From Elusimicrobiota bacterium (GTDB lineage: Bacteria > Elusimicrobiota > Endomicrobiia > CG1-02-37-114 > JAHJSO01), in the NCBI GenBank assembly GCA_043826435.1, contig JBDRQF010000057.1, positions 1-15,380 of the forward strand: DNA of 15,380 nucleotides, in the 5' to 3' direction. Positions 14,983 through 15,380 of this stretch are shown in pieces (the first letter of the stretch is position 1; every line of letters starts with the position of its first letter). A program made the translations under genes and the position numbers. The notes beneath the pieces are model-generated. The model was not told where the DNA came from. It did not search any database and saw only the letters and a program-made list of their open reading frames with translations.

Positions 14983-15380
14983 ATGAAAAAAATATTTTTG
15001 GTTATTATTGTCTTGTTTTTTACCTGTCCTGCATTATCCCCGAAGGGGTCTATTCAGACAAAGAATATTGCAGTAATCCCTTTTCAAAATATAACCGGAG
15101 ATAAAGAGAAAAACTGGATAGGGGCGGGCTTCGGAGAAACCTTAACCGTAAAGTTAGTTAAAGCGCCAGGGATAAGAGTCATTGAAAGAGAAAACCTGTC
15201 AAAAATATTAGAAGAAATCAAATTTCAATATACCGGCGCCGTGGATGAAAAAACCGCAGTTGAAATGGGTAAAATGTATGGTGCTGATGTTTTAGTTTTC
15301 GGCTCTTTTCAGGTTATGGGGGAAAAGTTAAGAGTGTCCGCAAGATTTGTAGATGTGGAAACCCAGGAGGTAATTGACAC
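14983..15380 (+). CDS. Secreted CsgG/HfaB/TolB-N-like domain protein, 3'-truncated by the window edge (absent from the ORF track)
   Basis: Hand translation: MKKIFLVIIVLFFTCPALS (signal peptide) ...NIAVIPFQNITGDKEKNWIGAGFGETLTVKL...IRVIERENLSKILEEIKFQYTGAVDEKTAVEMGKMYGADVLVFGSFQ...LRVSARFVDVETQEV; GAGG at 14977-14980; no stop before 15380. Confidence 0.85.
   Translation, partial: MKKIFLVIIVLFFTCPALSPKGSIQTKNIAVIPFQNITGDKEKNWIGAGFGETLTVKLVKAPGIRVIERENLSKILEEIKFQYTGAVDEKTAVEMGKMYGADVLVFGSFQVMGEKLRVSARFVDVETQEVID

Overview
All genuine genes in this bacterial window are on the + strand; Re-citrate synthase, PduL and a PduS-type Fe-S protein point to an anaerobe. (1) 1-~2200 is an AT-rich accessory tract. 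It holds a partial membrane protein, a split Cys/His (papain/NlpC-P60-like) gene, and an RHH-antitoxin/MazF toxin pair with its own consensus promoter. The TA pair is bracketed by two ungapped 110-bp direct repeats (1005-1114, 1889-1998; 25-bp identical core) that I cannot assign to a known class. (2) 2224-8559 is GC-balanced core DNA: Re-citrate synthase, a NupC nucleoside transporter, and a signalling cluster (Cache/HAMP histidine kinase, stand-alone receiver, Zn-ribbon membrane protein, GAF-GGDEF cyclase). (3) 8788-14709 is a bacterial microcompartment (BMC) operon headed by triosephosphate isomerase: tpiA, pduL, BMC-H, BMC-P, CoA-acylating aldehyde dehydrogenase and PduS-like. It has no signature enzyme in the window, is interrupted by an AT-rich nucleotidyltransferase pair, and is followed by an orphan antitoxin whose RelE-like toxin is reduced to a stub in frame with a CsgG/TolB-N-like gene running off the right edge. 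Best leads are the repeat-bounded cassette architecture and a probable nucleoside/sugar-phosphate (SPU-like) metabolosome. All family calls are from motif recognition by eye; no searches were run.
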